Below are positions 21,422-30,598 of a DNA stretch of 64,000 nucleotides, piece after piece. Location of the stretch: positions 2,479 to 66,478 of the IMG/VR virus record IMGVR_UViG_3300042450_000503; one strand, 5' to 3'. The notes beneath the pieces were generated by a model, which made no database searches, was not told where the DNA came from, and worked only from the letters and a program-made list of their open reading frames with translations. Source of the DNA: a virus. The first letter of the stretch is position 1; the number at the start of each line of letters is the position of its first letter. The position numbers and the translations under genes are program-made.

Positions 21422-21661
21422 TTATTGATTTGATAAATCGTAAGTTGGTGTTATTCCTTGTTCTACACTTATAGGCGGTTCTACTGGCTGAGAATCATTC
21501 ATTGAAAGCGATATAGGATTTATCTCTTGTGGCTGCGGCAACGCAGACATTGATCTATCATAACTGCCCGGAACTTGTTGCTGCCCAAATACATTTTTTA
21601 CCGTAGCATTATTTCCCGTTGCTTTGGGATTCATTTGTTGTGTTGGTGTATTATAATTCAT
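21422..21661 (-). CDS. Hypothetical protein
   Basis: 79 aa, Pro/Gln-rich. Confidence 0.55.
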   Translation of the reverse strand: MNYNTPTQQMNPKATGNNATVKNVFGQQQVPGSYDRSMSALPQPQEINPISLSMNDSQPVEPPISVEQGITPTYDLSNQ

Positions 21662-22106
21662 GATTTCTTGTTTTATCTTTATTTACATTATGTATTGCTG
21701 TTGCCATAACAGTATTCATATACGTATCTCCTTTCATTATGATATTTCTATGACTTGTTGGTATATCTTCTTTACCTAACATTATACGATACATTTTGCT
21801 TATTAGTTGTTTACACTTAAATGAAACTTTATATATATTATATTTTTGAGTTGTGTGGTTTCTATTTCTCCATACCACGATCCAACCCTCTTTTAATAAA
21901 TTGTTCCAGCGTTTATTGTCCCAACTATATGCGTAGGTACCTATTTTATAATCTTGTTTTGTAAAAAAATCCATACAATCAAAATAAATTAACAATTCCA
22001 AATCGGCATCCGTTAAATTATTATTCCTGCAAGCCCATCTTCGTATTATTCTGTAATGTTTTAATAACCCAAGTTCTTTAATATCTGAAGCTTCTAACTT
22101 AATCAT
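21651..22106 (-). CDS. Conserved phage protein, possibly winged-helix DNA-binding
   Basis: 151 aa; NLTDADLELLIYF...WNNLLKEGWIVVW...YKVSFKCKQL resembles a MarR-like wHTH pattern. Confidence 0.45.
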   Translation of the reverse strand: MIKLEASDIKELGLLKHYRIIRRWACRNNNLTDADLELLIYFDCMDFFTKQDYKIGTYAYSWDNKRWNNLLKEGWIVVWRNRNHTTQKYNIYKVSFKCKQLISKMYRIMLGKEDIPTSHRNIIMKGDTYMNTVMATAIHNVNKDKTRNHEL

Positions 22107-22363
22107 AGAACTACAACTATATCACCTAGTTTTATAACATGATAAGTTTCCTTATCTATTTCAATTTTATGACCAGCATGTCGATCATAAAATATTTCAT
22201 CATTTTTTTTAACCCCAACAACTTCATCCCCAATTTCTAATACTTTAGCTTGTATATATCTAATATCTTCTCTTTGGTTTTCAGCAAGCATTAACCCACC
22301 TTTTGTTTTAGTGGTTCCCTCTTTTAATTTTTCTATAATTAGATTTCTACCTATTGCTTTCAT
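22103..22363 (-). CDS. groES: Co-chaperonin GroES
   Basis: 86 aa; mobile loop TKTKGGLML, VLEIGD, HAGHKIEID; adjacent to GroEL. Confidence 0.9.
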   Translation of the reverse strand: MKAIGRNLIIEKLKEGTTKTKGGLMLAENQREDIRYIQAKVLEIGDEVVGVKKNDEIFYDRHAGHKIEIDKETYHVIKLGDIVVVL

Positions 22364-23907
22364 TATGCTCTCAAATTATTGATTACACAATCCGTTGACA
22401 ATATTGTAGTTGCTACAGAGGCTGCATTTCTTAAAGCACTTTTTGTCACCAATAAAGGATCAATAATGCCTGCTTTAATCATATCCACAGTTTCCCCTGT
22501 TACAACATTAAGCCCATACCCTATGCTTGATATAACTTTCATAGGCACTTCTTCAATGCCCGCATTATCTAATATAGTATTAAAAGGAGCTCTGATAGAA
22601 TCTAACAATATCTCCTCACCTATAGAAAACGTGTCTATATTATAAGAAGCGTTTAATAAAGCAATTCCTCCTCCAGGAACAATCCCTTCTTTTATTGCTG
22701 CTTTAGTTGCACAAATTGCATCTTCTATTCTATCAGCTTTTTCTTTTAATTCAATTTCTGAATTTGCACCAACTTTTACAATTGCTATTTTAGCCGATAG
22801 TCTTGCCAATCTTTTCTCTAATTTAACTACAACGTGAGGTGGATTATTTTCAAGTAATGAATCTTTAATATCATTTATAATATTTAATATTTCATCTGAT
22901 TGTTCCCCTACGTGAAGTATTGTTTCTTCATGAGATGTTATACTTTTAATGCAATTGCCTAAATGTTCAGGTTGAATTAAATCTAAATCATCTCCAAGAT
23001 CCTCGTTTATAAGTGTAGCTCCTGTCAACAAAGCTAAATCATCAAAGATCTCTTTTTTATTAATACCATACATTGGAGCATTAATAACATTTATTTTTAT
23101 ATTACCTTTAGCTTTATTCATAGCTAATGCGGATAGTACTTGTTGTTCTAAATCGCCTATGATTAATAAAGGTTTATTATTTTTTATTACAAATTCTAAT
23201 ACCGATTGTATCTGTCTAATAGAATCTACCGGAGACTCTATTAATAATACTAATGGGTTATCTAGTTCAGCTGTTTTCTTTTGAGCATTGGTAATAAAGT
23301 GAGAATTTGTTAATCCCATATCACATTGTACTCCCTCAACTATTTCTAAACTACAATCTGGATCTGATGAAGTTTCCATCATCACAATTCCGGTATTGCC
23401 TACCGATTTAAAAGCATCGCTAACTAACTTACCTAATTCAGGATCATTATTAGTTGATATTGTTGCAATATTATTTAACATATTATCGTCTACAGTTATA
23501 GCCATATCTTCAAGATATTTTATAACTTTTTCAACCGCTTTATTAATGCCTTCTTTAATTTTTCTAGCATTAGGGTCTTCTATATTATAAGCGTTCTTTA
23601 AAATAGAATGCGCTAATACAGTAGCGGTAGTAGTACCGTCTCCTGCTTCTCTAACTGTTTTTCTGGCAGCTTCTTTTAAAAGAGTAGCTCCCATATTTTC
23701 TACCGGGTCCAGTAAAATAACTGCATCCGCAACCGTTACTCCGTCCTTAGTTATTAGAGGTCTTCCTGAAGCGTCTTCTAAAAGAACACACTTGCCACTT
23801 GCCCCTAAGGTTGAACTAACCGCTTTGGTTAATTTTTCTATACCAATAAATACTTTATCGCTGGCTTCTTTACCGAAGCTTAGATTTTTGACTATAGCGT
23901 CTGACAT
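22363..23907 (-). CDS. groEL: Chaperonin GroEL
   Basis: 514 aa; ITKDGVTVA, AGDGTTTATVLA, EGIVPGGG, GIIDP; no C-terminal GGM tail. Confidence 0.95.
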   Translation of the reverse strand: MSDAIVKNLSFGKEASDKVFIGIEKLTKAVSSTLGASGKCVLLEDASGRPLITKDGVTVADAVILLDPVENMGATLLKEAARKTVREAGDGTTTATVLAHSILKNAYNIEDPNARKIKEGINKAVEKVIKYLEDMAITVDDNMLNNIATISTNNDPELGKLVSDAFKSVGNTGIVMMETSSDPDCSLEIVEGVQCDMGLTNSHFITNAQKKTAELDNPLVLLIESPVDSIRQIQSVLEFVIKNNKPLLIIGDLEQQVLSALAMNKAKGNIKINVINAPMYGINKKEIFDDLALLTGATLINEDLGDDLDLIQPEHLGNCIKSITSHEETILHVGEQSDEILNIINDIKDSLLENNPPHVVVKLEKRLARLSAKIAIVKVGANSEIELKEKADRIEDAICATKAAIKEGIVPGGGIALLNASYNIDTFSIGEEILLDSIRAPFNTILDNAGIEEVPMKVISSIGYGLNVVTGETVDMIKAGIIDPLLVTKSALRNAASVATTILSTDCVINNLRA

Positions 23908-23967
23908 AATTTTATTTGATTAAATTGATTTGAATATATTCTATATATTACTTATTTTTAGGGAGAT

Positions 23968-24102
23968 TTACTTACCTTGCCCTTTATAAGCTTTTTTATA
24001 TAACTTTGAAGTTTTTAACTTGGATGACTTTGTTTTAGCATGAACGCCTGGTCTCGCTATATTTTTTACAATCCTAATAACAGACGCCGTTTGTTTCGCC
24101 AT
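23968..24102 (-). CDS. Small basic peptide (44 aa, below ORF-track cut-off)
   Basis: MAKQTASVIRIVKNIARPGVHAKTKSSKLKTSKLYKKAYKGQGK. Confidence 0.55.
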   Translation of the reverse strand: MAKQTASVIRIVKNIARPGVHAKTKSSKLKTSKLYKKAYKGQGK

Positions 24103-24554
24103 AATAAATATAAAATTAATATTAATAAAAGTAACCACAGAATCCAACAGTAATTTGCTTTCTTTTCTATAGTTTTGTTTTTACCAGAAGTATTTTCTGT
24201 TTTATTTACTTTAACAGTTGCTACGGAATCTTTAAGTTTAATATTAGACTCTCTTTTGTTATTTGTATATAAAGTATTAACTTTATTTTTTTTGATCTTT
24301 AAAATAACGTTTTTATAACTTTTACCATCAACGATAATTGTTTTACTTGAATCTATAGGTGTTATAATAATTTCACTATTGTCAATAGTTGTAACTATGT
24401 TTGTAGAATCTGTCTTTTCTTTCTTTTCTATAGTTGTAACTATAACTTTTGTTTCAACTACACTGTCTTTTTTTATATCAATTTTATCTACCTGTACATG
24501 CCTACTTGCACAAGAGGTTAATACAATTAAAAATAGTAATATAAGTTTTTTCAT
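24066..24554 (-). CDS. Lipoprotein with C-terminal TM helix; candidate unimolecular spanin
   Basis: Lipobox LTSC after hydrophobic signal; C-terminal WILWLLLLILILYLLW; in lysis cassette. Confidence 0.65.
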   Translation of the reverse strand: MKKLILLFLIVLTSCASRHVQVDKIDIKKDSVVETKVIVTTIEKKEKTDSTNIVTTIDNSEIIITPIDSSKTIIVDGKSYKNVILKIKKNKVNTLYTNNKRESNIKLKDSVATVKVNKTENTSGKNKTIEKKANYCWILWLLLLILILYLLWRNKRRLLLGL

Positions 24555-24940
24555 TACGATAATATAGTTAATGATATTTCTTTAGCCGCCTGCATTTTTT
24601 TAAATAATTTTTCGTATGCTTTTCTTGATTGACCAATATAGTTTTTATTTCTAGATTGACCTACTAATATACAACCTTCAGTGTCGTGATTTGTATTACC
24701 GGCATGGATACGAACGCCTTCAAAGTTAGGCACGTTTAATAATAAAGGCATTAATCTTTTAAATCTATTAGATTGGTTGATTATTACTTTATATGTTCCT
24801 TTTGGAATAGCGGTTTCCGCTTTAATTTTTACCGGTCTTTCAACATCTTCTAATGTATAACATTCCCAAATGCCATCAATCAATAGTTCCCCTATTGTAG
24901 ATGTATCAGTCTTGTGTAATCTCTTTATTGTTATCTGCAT
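24554..24940 (-). CDS. DUF5675-like protein, putative endolysin
   Basis: 128 aa; CYTLED, TAIPKGTY, RIHAGN, TEGCILVG; between holin-like genes and spanin. Confidence 0.7.
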   Translation of the reverse strand: MQITIKRLHKTDTSTIGELLIDGIWECYTLEDVERPVKIKAETAIPKGTYKVIINQSNRFKRLMPLLLNVPNFEGVRIHAGNTNHDTEGCILVGQSRNKNYIGQSRKAYEKLFKKMQAAKEISLTILS

Positions 24941-25103
24941 TTTTTCCTTTTATTTTAAATATTAACCAATCATATATTTTCATTGAGGTGTATACTATTG
25001 ATATAATCAATAATAATATTTTTAGGCTTGCTTCCAAATTTGTAAGGCTTATTATAAGGGTTAGAGCATTTAAAGTGTAAACGCGAAGACTACATTGATC
25101 CAT
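24906..25103 (-). CDS. Holin-like membrane protein
   Basis: 65 aa, hydrophobic segments, basic tail. Confidence 0.5.
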   Translation of the reverse strand: MDQCSLRVYTLNALTLIISLTNLEASLKILLLIISIVYTSMKIYDWLIFKIKGKNADNNKEITQD

Positions 25104-25294
25104 TATCTTTTTAATTTATTAACAATGTCCGTAAATCCTTGAATACCTATATATGCCGTTGATATAATAACCCAATCAGATGAGGTTAAATATCCTGAAA
25201 ATAATCCGCAGCATGCTACAATAAAAACAGAGAGCTTTCTACTAATCCATTTATTTAATAATATATCTAATTGTTCTTTACTCATATTTACCAA
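25103..25294 (-). CDS. Holin-like membrane protein
   Basis: 63 aa; SRKLSVFIVA...YIGIQGFTD, two TM segments. Confidence 0.55.
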   Translation of the reverse strand: MVNMSKEQLDILLNKWISRKLSVFIVACCGLFSGYLTSSDWVIISTAYIGIQGFTDIVNKLKR

Positions 25295-27261
25295 GTTGTT
25301 AATGCTGCTCTAACCCAAGTATTTGTCGCAATACATACATATATAAATGCCGCTGTAACTCTTATTTCTCCTAATGTTCCTGCGGCTGTTGCACTTGCAG
25401 GTGCTGTATTTAAAGCGCTTAATTTATATTGTGTTGATTTTGTAGTGCCACCTACTATTAAACTATCTACAGCATTAAAAACACCTCCGTCTACTAAAGT
25501 AGTTCCCCGTATTACTGTTTCAGTTACTGAACTGTTACCTAAAACAACCTGATTATTTTTAGTCGTAATTGTCTGATAGCCTATAGCTGTACTATTAGTA
25601 GGGGCAACTGTCTGCCCAACAACACTCCCTGCTCCTGAACCAAGAAAAGTATTTTGAGAACCACCTACAATAAGTAATCCCGAAATATTTCCTATGGCAG
25701 TATTGTTGTTTCCTGTAACATTTTTTAAAGATTGATGCCCAATAGCTGTGGTAAAACTACTAGTTGATAGCAAAGAAGATACAGATTCATACCCTATTAC
25801 TGTATTTTGATTTCCTGTGTTATCAATTAATGTATCTAAACCAATTCCTATATTAGTAGCGGCATTATTACTTCCTCTCCATATTCTAATTGTGTTTACT
25901 ATAATATTATCTGTAAAGTTTTTTAATCCTGAAAAAGATTGGTTATTTACTGTAACAACTCCTCTTGCTGCTGTACCTGCATCAGGTAGATTAAATGTAT
26001 GAGTGTTTATTGTTGATACTATTCCAAAATTTGTACCCGTTGTTCCTGTTGCAAAAGTCTGAGTACTTGTAGTTAAACCGTTTAAAGAAGTAATTCCTGC
26101 GGCGGTGCTTACTGAGCCATCTGCCATTAAGTATTGAAGGTTTGTTCCTCCATCTTTTACAAATGATCCACCTACCACTGCTCCTCTTAATCTAGTGATT
26201 GTTATTGATGTATTACCAATAGTTACGGTATTTGATCCCGCTCCTATAGCGCCGCTACCAATAACTATAGAATTATTATCTGTAGGATTTAACAATAAAC
26301 TATTATATCCAACGCCAACATTAAAAGATCCTGTTGTTGTGCTTGATAACGCGCTAGCTCCTGTTGCTGTATTCTGCTCACCCGTTGTATTGCTATAAAG
26401 TGAAAATCTACCTACCCCTACATTATAACCCCCAGTAGTGTTAGCTCTTAAAGATTCTTTACCAACCCCTGTGTTACCAGTGCCAGCACCACCGCTATTA
26501 TTTAATAATACATACATACCTAAAGCTGTGTTATCAGATCCTGTATTATTATTTTGAAGTGCACTTGCGCCTAATGCTACATTATTAGAACCGCTAGTGT
26601 TAGCGGCCATAGAAGCATATCCTACAGCAGTGTTAAGTAACCCGCTATTATTGAATTGTAACGCCCCTTGACCGATAGCTACGGTATTCGAAACTGTACC
26701 TTGTACAGTTAAAGTATTATAACCAATTGCAACATTACCGGAACCAGTGGTATTTCCAGTCATTACTCCGTTCCCAATCGAAACATTATTACCTCCGGTT
26801 GTGTTACTAAACATAGAATTATATCCTAAAGCGGTATTAAAACCTCCCGTAGTGTTAAATGGCATGGTGCCCCGACCAATTGCAATATTGGTGCCGCCTG
26901 TGGTATTAACTTTTAAAGCTTCAAATCCAATAGCGACATTATATGTCCCAGTTGTATTAGAAATCAAAACTGAATTTCCTATTGCGGTATTATTTATACC
27001 TGTTCCAGCGCCTTTACCAACTGATATAGTATTAACGGTAAGATTATATGCTCCTAAATTAACAGGACCAGTAGCTCCGTTGTAAGGAACATAAGAACCT
27101 GGAGGAGTTATTATTGAAGCAAAGTATCCTGCAAGATCACTAATTTCAAAACTCTTTGTTTGGTTTTTTGGTCTACCATTAACTGTAACAGTACTAGACC
27201 CAACTATTATATCTGTTGCTAGTATATTTGTGTTTACTGGGTAACTATATATTATTGCCAT
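25288..27261 (-). CDS. Tail fibre/spike with beta-roll repeats
   Basis: 657 aa; many NTTGxxNxAxGxxAL repeats; C-terminal IYVCIATNTWVRAALTTW. Confidence 0.75.
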   Translation of the reverse strand: MAIIYSYPVNTNILATDIIVGSSTVTVNGRPKNQTKSFEISDLAGYFASIITPPGSYVPYNGATGPVNLGAYNLTVNTISVGKGAGTGINNTAIGNSVLISNTTGTYNVAIGFEALKVNTTGGTNIAIGRGTMPFNTTGGFNTALGYNSMFSNTTGGNNVSIGNGVMTGNTTGSGNVAIGYNTLTVQGTVSNTVAIGQGALQFNNSGLLNTAVGYASMAANTSGSNNVALGASALQNNNTGSDNTALGMYVLLNNSGGAGTGNTGVGKESLRANTTGGYNVGVGRFSLYSNTTGEQNTATGASALSSTTTGSFNVGVGYNSLLLNPTDNNSIVIGSGAIGAGSNTVTIGNTSITITRLRGAVVGGSFVKDGGTNLQYLMADGSVSTAAGITSLNGLTTSTQTFATGTTGTNFGIVSTINTHTFNLPDAGTAARGVVTVNNQSFSGLKNFTDNIIVNTIRIWRGSNNAATNIGIGLDTLIDNTGNQNTVIGYESVSSLLSTSSFTTAIGHQSLKNVTGNNNTAIGNISGLLIVGGSQNTFLGSGAGSVVGQTVAPTNSTAIGYQTITTKNNQVVLGNSSVTETVIRGTTLVDGGVFNAVDSLIVGGTTKSTQYKLSALNTAPASATAAGTLGEIRVTAAFIYVCIATNTWVRAALTTW

Positions 27262-27262
27262 G

Positions 27263-27997
27263 TTATTTTGTTTTTAATAAATCAATTTCTGCTTTTAATT
27301 CTTTAATGGCGTTAATAAGTGCAAATGTTAAATCACTTGAATTAAAATCATATAATTCAGTTTTTTCTTTATCTTCTTCATTTAACTTTGCTTTATAAGT
27401 GTTAACAGTATCAGGGAATACCTCTTTTATTTCTTGAGCTATAATACCTGTGTATTTTTTTCCTTTAGTAGTTCCAGCTAATCCATTGTATTCGTAAGTT
27501 ACTGGGTTGATAAGTAATATATCTGACAACCCTTTTGTATAAGGAATAATGTTTTCTTTTATTCTTGAATCACTATAAGCGCTCCATGAACCACCACCTG
27601 GTTTTGCCGCTGACTGTGCCGCAACTAATGAATAGTTCTCATCACTGCTAAAATAACCGCCATACCCGGATTGAGCAATTCCCCAAACGCCATATCCAAT
27701 ATCTGTACTTCCTTTAACACCGGCTACCTCAGGGCCTTGGCCGATAACAGCTATCTGGGCTTCGGATTGTACTTGAAGCGTGTAATTATTTGATTCTAAT
27801 ATAATTGGTGTATTTAATACAATTGCCCCAGCATTGCACACTTCTTGTAGCGTTGGTATTGCAGGGGCAGGCACTAAGCCAATTATATCCGATATTAAAA
27901 ATGATTTTGTAGGATTGCCATCGTAATCAAACTGAGTACCTAATACCATGTCTGATAACGTGGGGGTTCCTTGAGGGTAACTATATACTATTGCCAT
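27263..27997 (-). CDS. Fibre protein with intramolecular chaperone (Peptidase S74-like) domain
   Basis: 244 aa; YSDSRIKENI cleavage motif, GIIAQEI, LINAIKEL. Confidence 0.85.
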   Translation of the reverse strand: MAIVYSYPQGTPTLSDMVLGTQFDYDGNPTKSFLISDIIGLVPAPAIPTLQEVCNAGAIVLNTPIILESNNYTLQVQSEAQIAVIGQGPEVAGVKGSTDIGYGVWGIAQSGYGGYFSSDENYSLVAAQSAAKPGGGSWSAYSDSRIKENIIPYTKGLSDILLINPVTYEYNGLAGTTKGKKYTGIIAQEIKEVFPDTVNTYKAKLNEEDKEKTELYDFNSSDLTFALINAIKELKAEIDLLKTK

Positions 27998-28011
27998 ATT
28001 GTTTATTAATT

Positions 28012-28926
28012 TTATATACTTATATAAGTACCATTTATGTATGCCTTGCTAATTGTTGTTAGAGTTACAGGAAGTCCTTGAGTCCATAATCCTTCTCTAA
28101 TAGGCGAATTAGCTCCTCCTGATTGTTTCAAATAATGTAAGTCTAAGACAGTTGTAATACCAGCAGTGTCTGCATTAAGTATTGTGTGTCCAGTTCCAGT
28201 ATCTGGGCTAATGTTTGGATCAGCCCATATCCAACCACTAAAATGATTATATCCAAAAGCAGGAGCAAATGGTAATGCAACTTTATATTGACCAGTGCCA
28301 AAGTTAGTAACTGTTGTAAAATCAATTTCTATTACAAAGCTAACTAATAATCCTGATTTAATATAATAAGAATTATATGTAGGATAAGTTGCACCGCTTC
28401 CGGTAAAAGTCATACCTGTTGCTGTAAACGTTGGCGAATATCTTATATAACTTTCTAATCCAGATGTCCCGCTAACTCCTTGTATGCCCTGTACTCCTTG
28501 TATGCCTTGTTCACCCTGTACGCCTTGAGGTCCTTGAATTCCCTGAGGTCCTTGTAAATCACCTACGTCTTCCCATGCGGTTGTTGCAGTATTCCAAACA
28601 TATAATGATCCATCGGATTCTATTATCCACGCAGTGCCTGGCGTACCAGGCAAACCTCCAGCACCTGCATTAAACGCAGCAAGATCTGGATAAGACCCTA
28701 ATACTGTTAAAGCAGCCCCGGTCTCTCCTTGGACACCTTGTACACCTTGAACTCCTTGGATACCTTGTGGCCCCTGAGGACCAACAGTACCTTGCCCAAC
28801 AGTGTCAAGTACATCTTGCATTGTATACCAGTTTTGCATAGCTTGTAAAGCCGCACTTCCTCCGTATGTTGTATCAACGTCTTCACGGACCATGTATACT
28901 TTATCTGTTGCTGGTATTATTGACAT
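28012..28926 (-). CDS. Collagen-repeat fibre protein
   Basis: 304 aa; two GPQ/GIQ/GVQ Gly-X-Y tracts. Confidence 0.8.
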   Translation of the reverse strand: MSIIPATDKVYMVREDVDTTYGGSAALQAMQNWYTMQDVLDTVGQGTVGPQGPQGIQGVQGVQGVQGETGAALTVLGSYPDLAAFNAGAGGLPGTPGTAWIIESDGSLYVWNTATTAWEDVGDLQGPQGIQGPQGVQGEQGIQGVQGIQGVSGTSGLESYIRYSPTFTATGMTFTGSGATYPTYNSYYIKSGLLVSFVIEIDFTTVTNFGTGQYKVALPFAPAFGYNHFSGWIWADPNISPDTGTGHTILNADTAGITTVLDLHYLKQSGGANSPIREGLWTQGLPVTLTTISKAYINGTYISI

Positions 28927-29069
28927 TATTTCTTTGTTTTAGCTTTTATTTTCTTTGCTTCTGAAAGCATCGCCTTTGTAGGTTTTTTACCACTACCTTT
29001 ATTCTCTCTTATGTTGTCCCACAATCCGCGTTTGGATGTAGATCCATCTTTTCTTTTTAACAGTTCCAT
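28926..29069 (-). CDS. Small basic peptide (47 aa, below ORF-track cut-off)
   Basis: MELLKRKDGSTSKRGLWDNIRENKGSGKKPTKAMLSEAKKIKAKTKK; stop overlaps next start. Confidence 0.6.
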   Translation of the reverse strand: MELLKRKDGSTSKRGLWDNIRENKGSGKKPTKAMLSEAKKIKAKTKK

Positions 29070-29455
29070 TTGTCTAGTGCTAGTTTTTTTCTTGAAGGTT
29101 CACCGTTCGGTTTTGTCATAGGTCCAGGCATACCAGACATTCTAGCGCAAAATGATTTTCTACGCTTTGCATCTTTACTACCTGCTTTTAATTCCGATGG
29201 TTTTTTAGTTACCGCTGTTTGTAATTTACTTCCAGGGTTCTCTTTTCTGTAACTTGCAACACCTTTAGCGTTTAATCCTCCTTTAGGATCTTTGCCCTCT
29301 TTACGTGTCCAAGCTGCAGTCTTTTTTTGCATAGCTGGACTATTAGCTTCACCAATAGTATATCCGTTATTTTTGCTTGTGCCCAATCCTTGAGGGCCTA
29401 TCCCTTTTCCGTTCATTTTATTTATGATTTTTCTATTTGAAATGATGATATGCAA
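29057..29455 (-). CDS. Basic phage protein (DUF6321-like)
   Basis: AWTRKEGKDPKGGLNAKG...RRKSFCARMSGM...ALDKWNC; true start may be 29416. Confidence 0.65.
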   Translation of the reverse strand: MHIIISNRKIINKMNGKGIGPQGLGTSKNNGYTIGEANSPAMQKKTAAWTRKEGKDPKGGLNAKGVASYRKENPGSKLQTAVTKKPSELKAGSKDAKRRKSFCARMSGMPGPMTKPNGEPSRKKLALDKWNC

Positions 29456-30006
29456 GCTCTGTCTGTTGATGTTGTTGTAACCTGTGTAATTATGTAAAAA
29501 TCAGTTGCTGGAATTGCAACACCATTTATTGCAAGAGTTGAATTAGATGTTGAGGTTGAAAAACTAGTTGTAAAATCTTTTCCGTAAAATGTTGCGCCAG
29601 ATACCCAAAAGAATCTATCTACTGGAATATACTGAAGACCAATAGGACCATTGTATCTACCTATTAAAGTTGCTCCAACTGTTGTTGCCGCAGAATTTAT
29701 GTAAAATTCTATTGTTGCAATTGCAACGCTCGCCGCTGTAGTAGTTATAGCGGCATTTAATTTCAATAAATCGCCATCTGTAAATGTACTACTTGGTATT
29801 GGCGCCGAAATGCTTTGCAAGGCACCAGCAGCGGTTTGATATGTTGTTGATGCTACTTTATATAGTGTTACACTACCTACAGAATCAATGATATCTTGCA
29901 TTGTGTACCATTGGTTCATAGCCTGCAAAGCAGCGCTACCGCCGTATGTGGTGTTAGTGCCATTACTAACCATAAATACTTTTTCGTCACTTGGAATAAT
30001 TGCCAT
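29422..30006 (-). CDS. Putative fibre/decoration protein
   Basis: 194 aa; N-terminal ~44 aa paralogous to 28012..28926. Confidence 0.65.
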   Translation of the reverse strand: MAIIPSDEKVFMVSNGTNTTYGGSAALQAMNQWYTMQDIIDSVGSVTLYKVASTTYQTAAGALQSISAPIPSSTFTDGDLLKLNAAITTTAASVAIATIEFYINSAATTVGATLIGRYNGPIGLQYIPVDRFFWVSGATFYGKDFTTSFSTSTSNSTLAINGVAIPATDFYIITQVTTTSTDRACISSFQIEKS

Positions 30007-30023
30007 ATTTTTTTATTTATTAT

Positions 30024-30299
30024 TTACTTTACTTTATATTTTTTACCACTTTCTTTTTTTGTTCCTTCACCTTCATTACCCCTATTCTGTTTTACAGATT
30101 CAAATCTACCATCTTCGTGATCGTAATCCATACCTTTCTTACCGGGACTCTTACGATGCATTCTTTGAGCATGTGCCTTCTTAGCCGTTCTATCATCCGA
30201 CTTAGCGTATGCAAGATCTCTTACCGCTTTTGCTTTAGCGGCTTTAGGCGATAACTTTTGTTTTAATAAAGGGGATTGACTTCGTAATTGAAATGCCAT
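30024..30299 (-). CDS. Small basic protein with degenerate HNH-like motif
   Basis: 91 aa; GMDYDHEDG...KQNRGN. Confidence 0.5.
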   Translation of the reverse strand: MAFQLRSQSPLLKQKLSPKAAKAKAVRDLAYAKSDDRTAKKAHAQRMHRKSPGKKGMDYDHEDGRFESVKQNRGNEGEGTKKESGKKYKVK

Positions 30300-30301
30300 A
30301 T

Positions 30302-30583
30302 CTAAAATTTCTTTTTATAACCAATATTAGCGGTTACGTTAGGTTTCTCTTTACTCATTCCAGACACCCCAACCCCCGCAGAAAATCCACCTTTATTAAA
30401 GTTTAATCCAGCGTTGAAGTCTCCGCCTTTAGGGGTTACCGTTCCACCTGCCTTAACATTAAATGCCCCGGACGAAGCTGTTAAAGATGGAGTCATAGAC
30501 CGCTCATCCTTATTGAAGTCAATATTAGTTTCTATACTGCGCCCCTGTTTTAAAGGTGATTGCGATCTTAGTTTAAATGCCAT
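30302..30583 (-). CDS. Small Gly-rich beta-strand protein
   Basis: 93 aa; first ORF of the leftward operon. Confidence 0.6.
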   Translation of the reverse strand: MAFKLRSQSPLKQGRSIETNIDFNKDERSMTPSLTASSGAFNVKAGGTVTPKGGDFNAGLNFNKGGFSAGVGVSGMSKEKPNVTANIGYKKKF

Positions 30584-30598
30584 AGTTATTTTTATTAG

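Noticed and set aside
25288-28926. Repetitive DNA in fibre genes as a diversity-generating retroelement or tandem array
   Set aside because: Explained by protein repeats (NTTG units, collagen); no reverse transcriptase and no adenine-specific repeat pair seen
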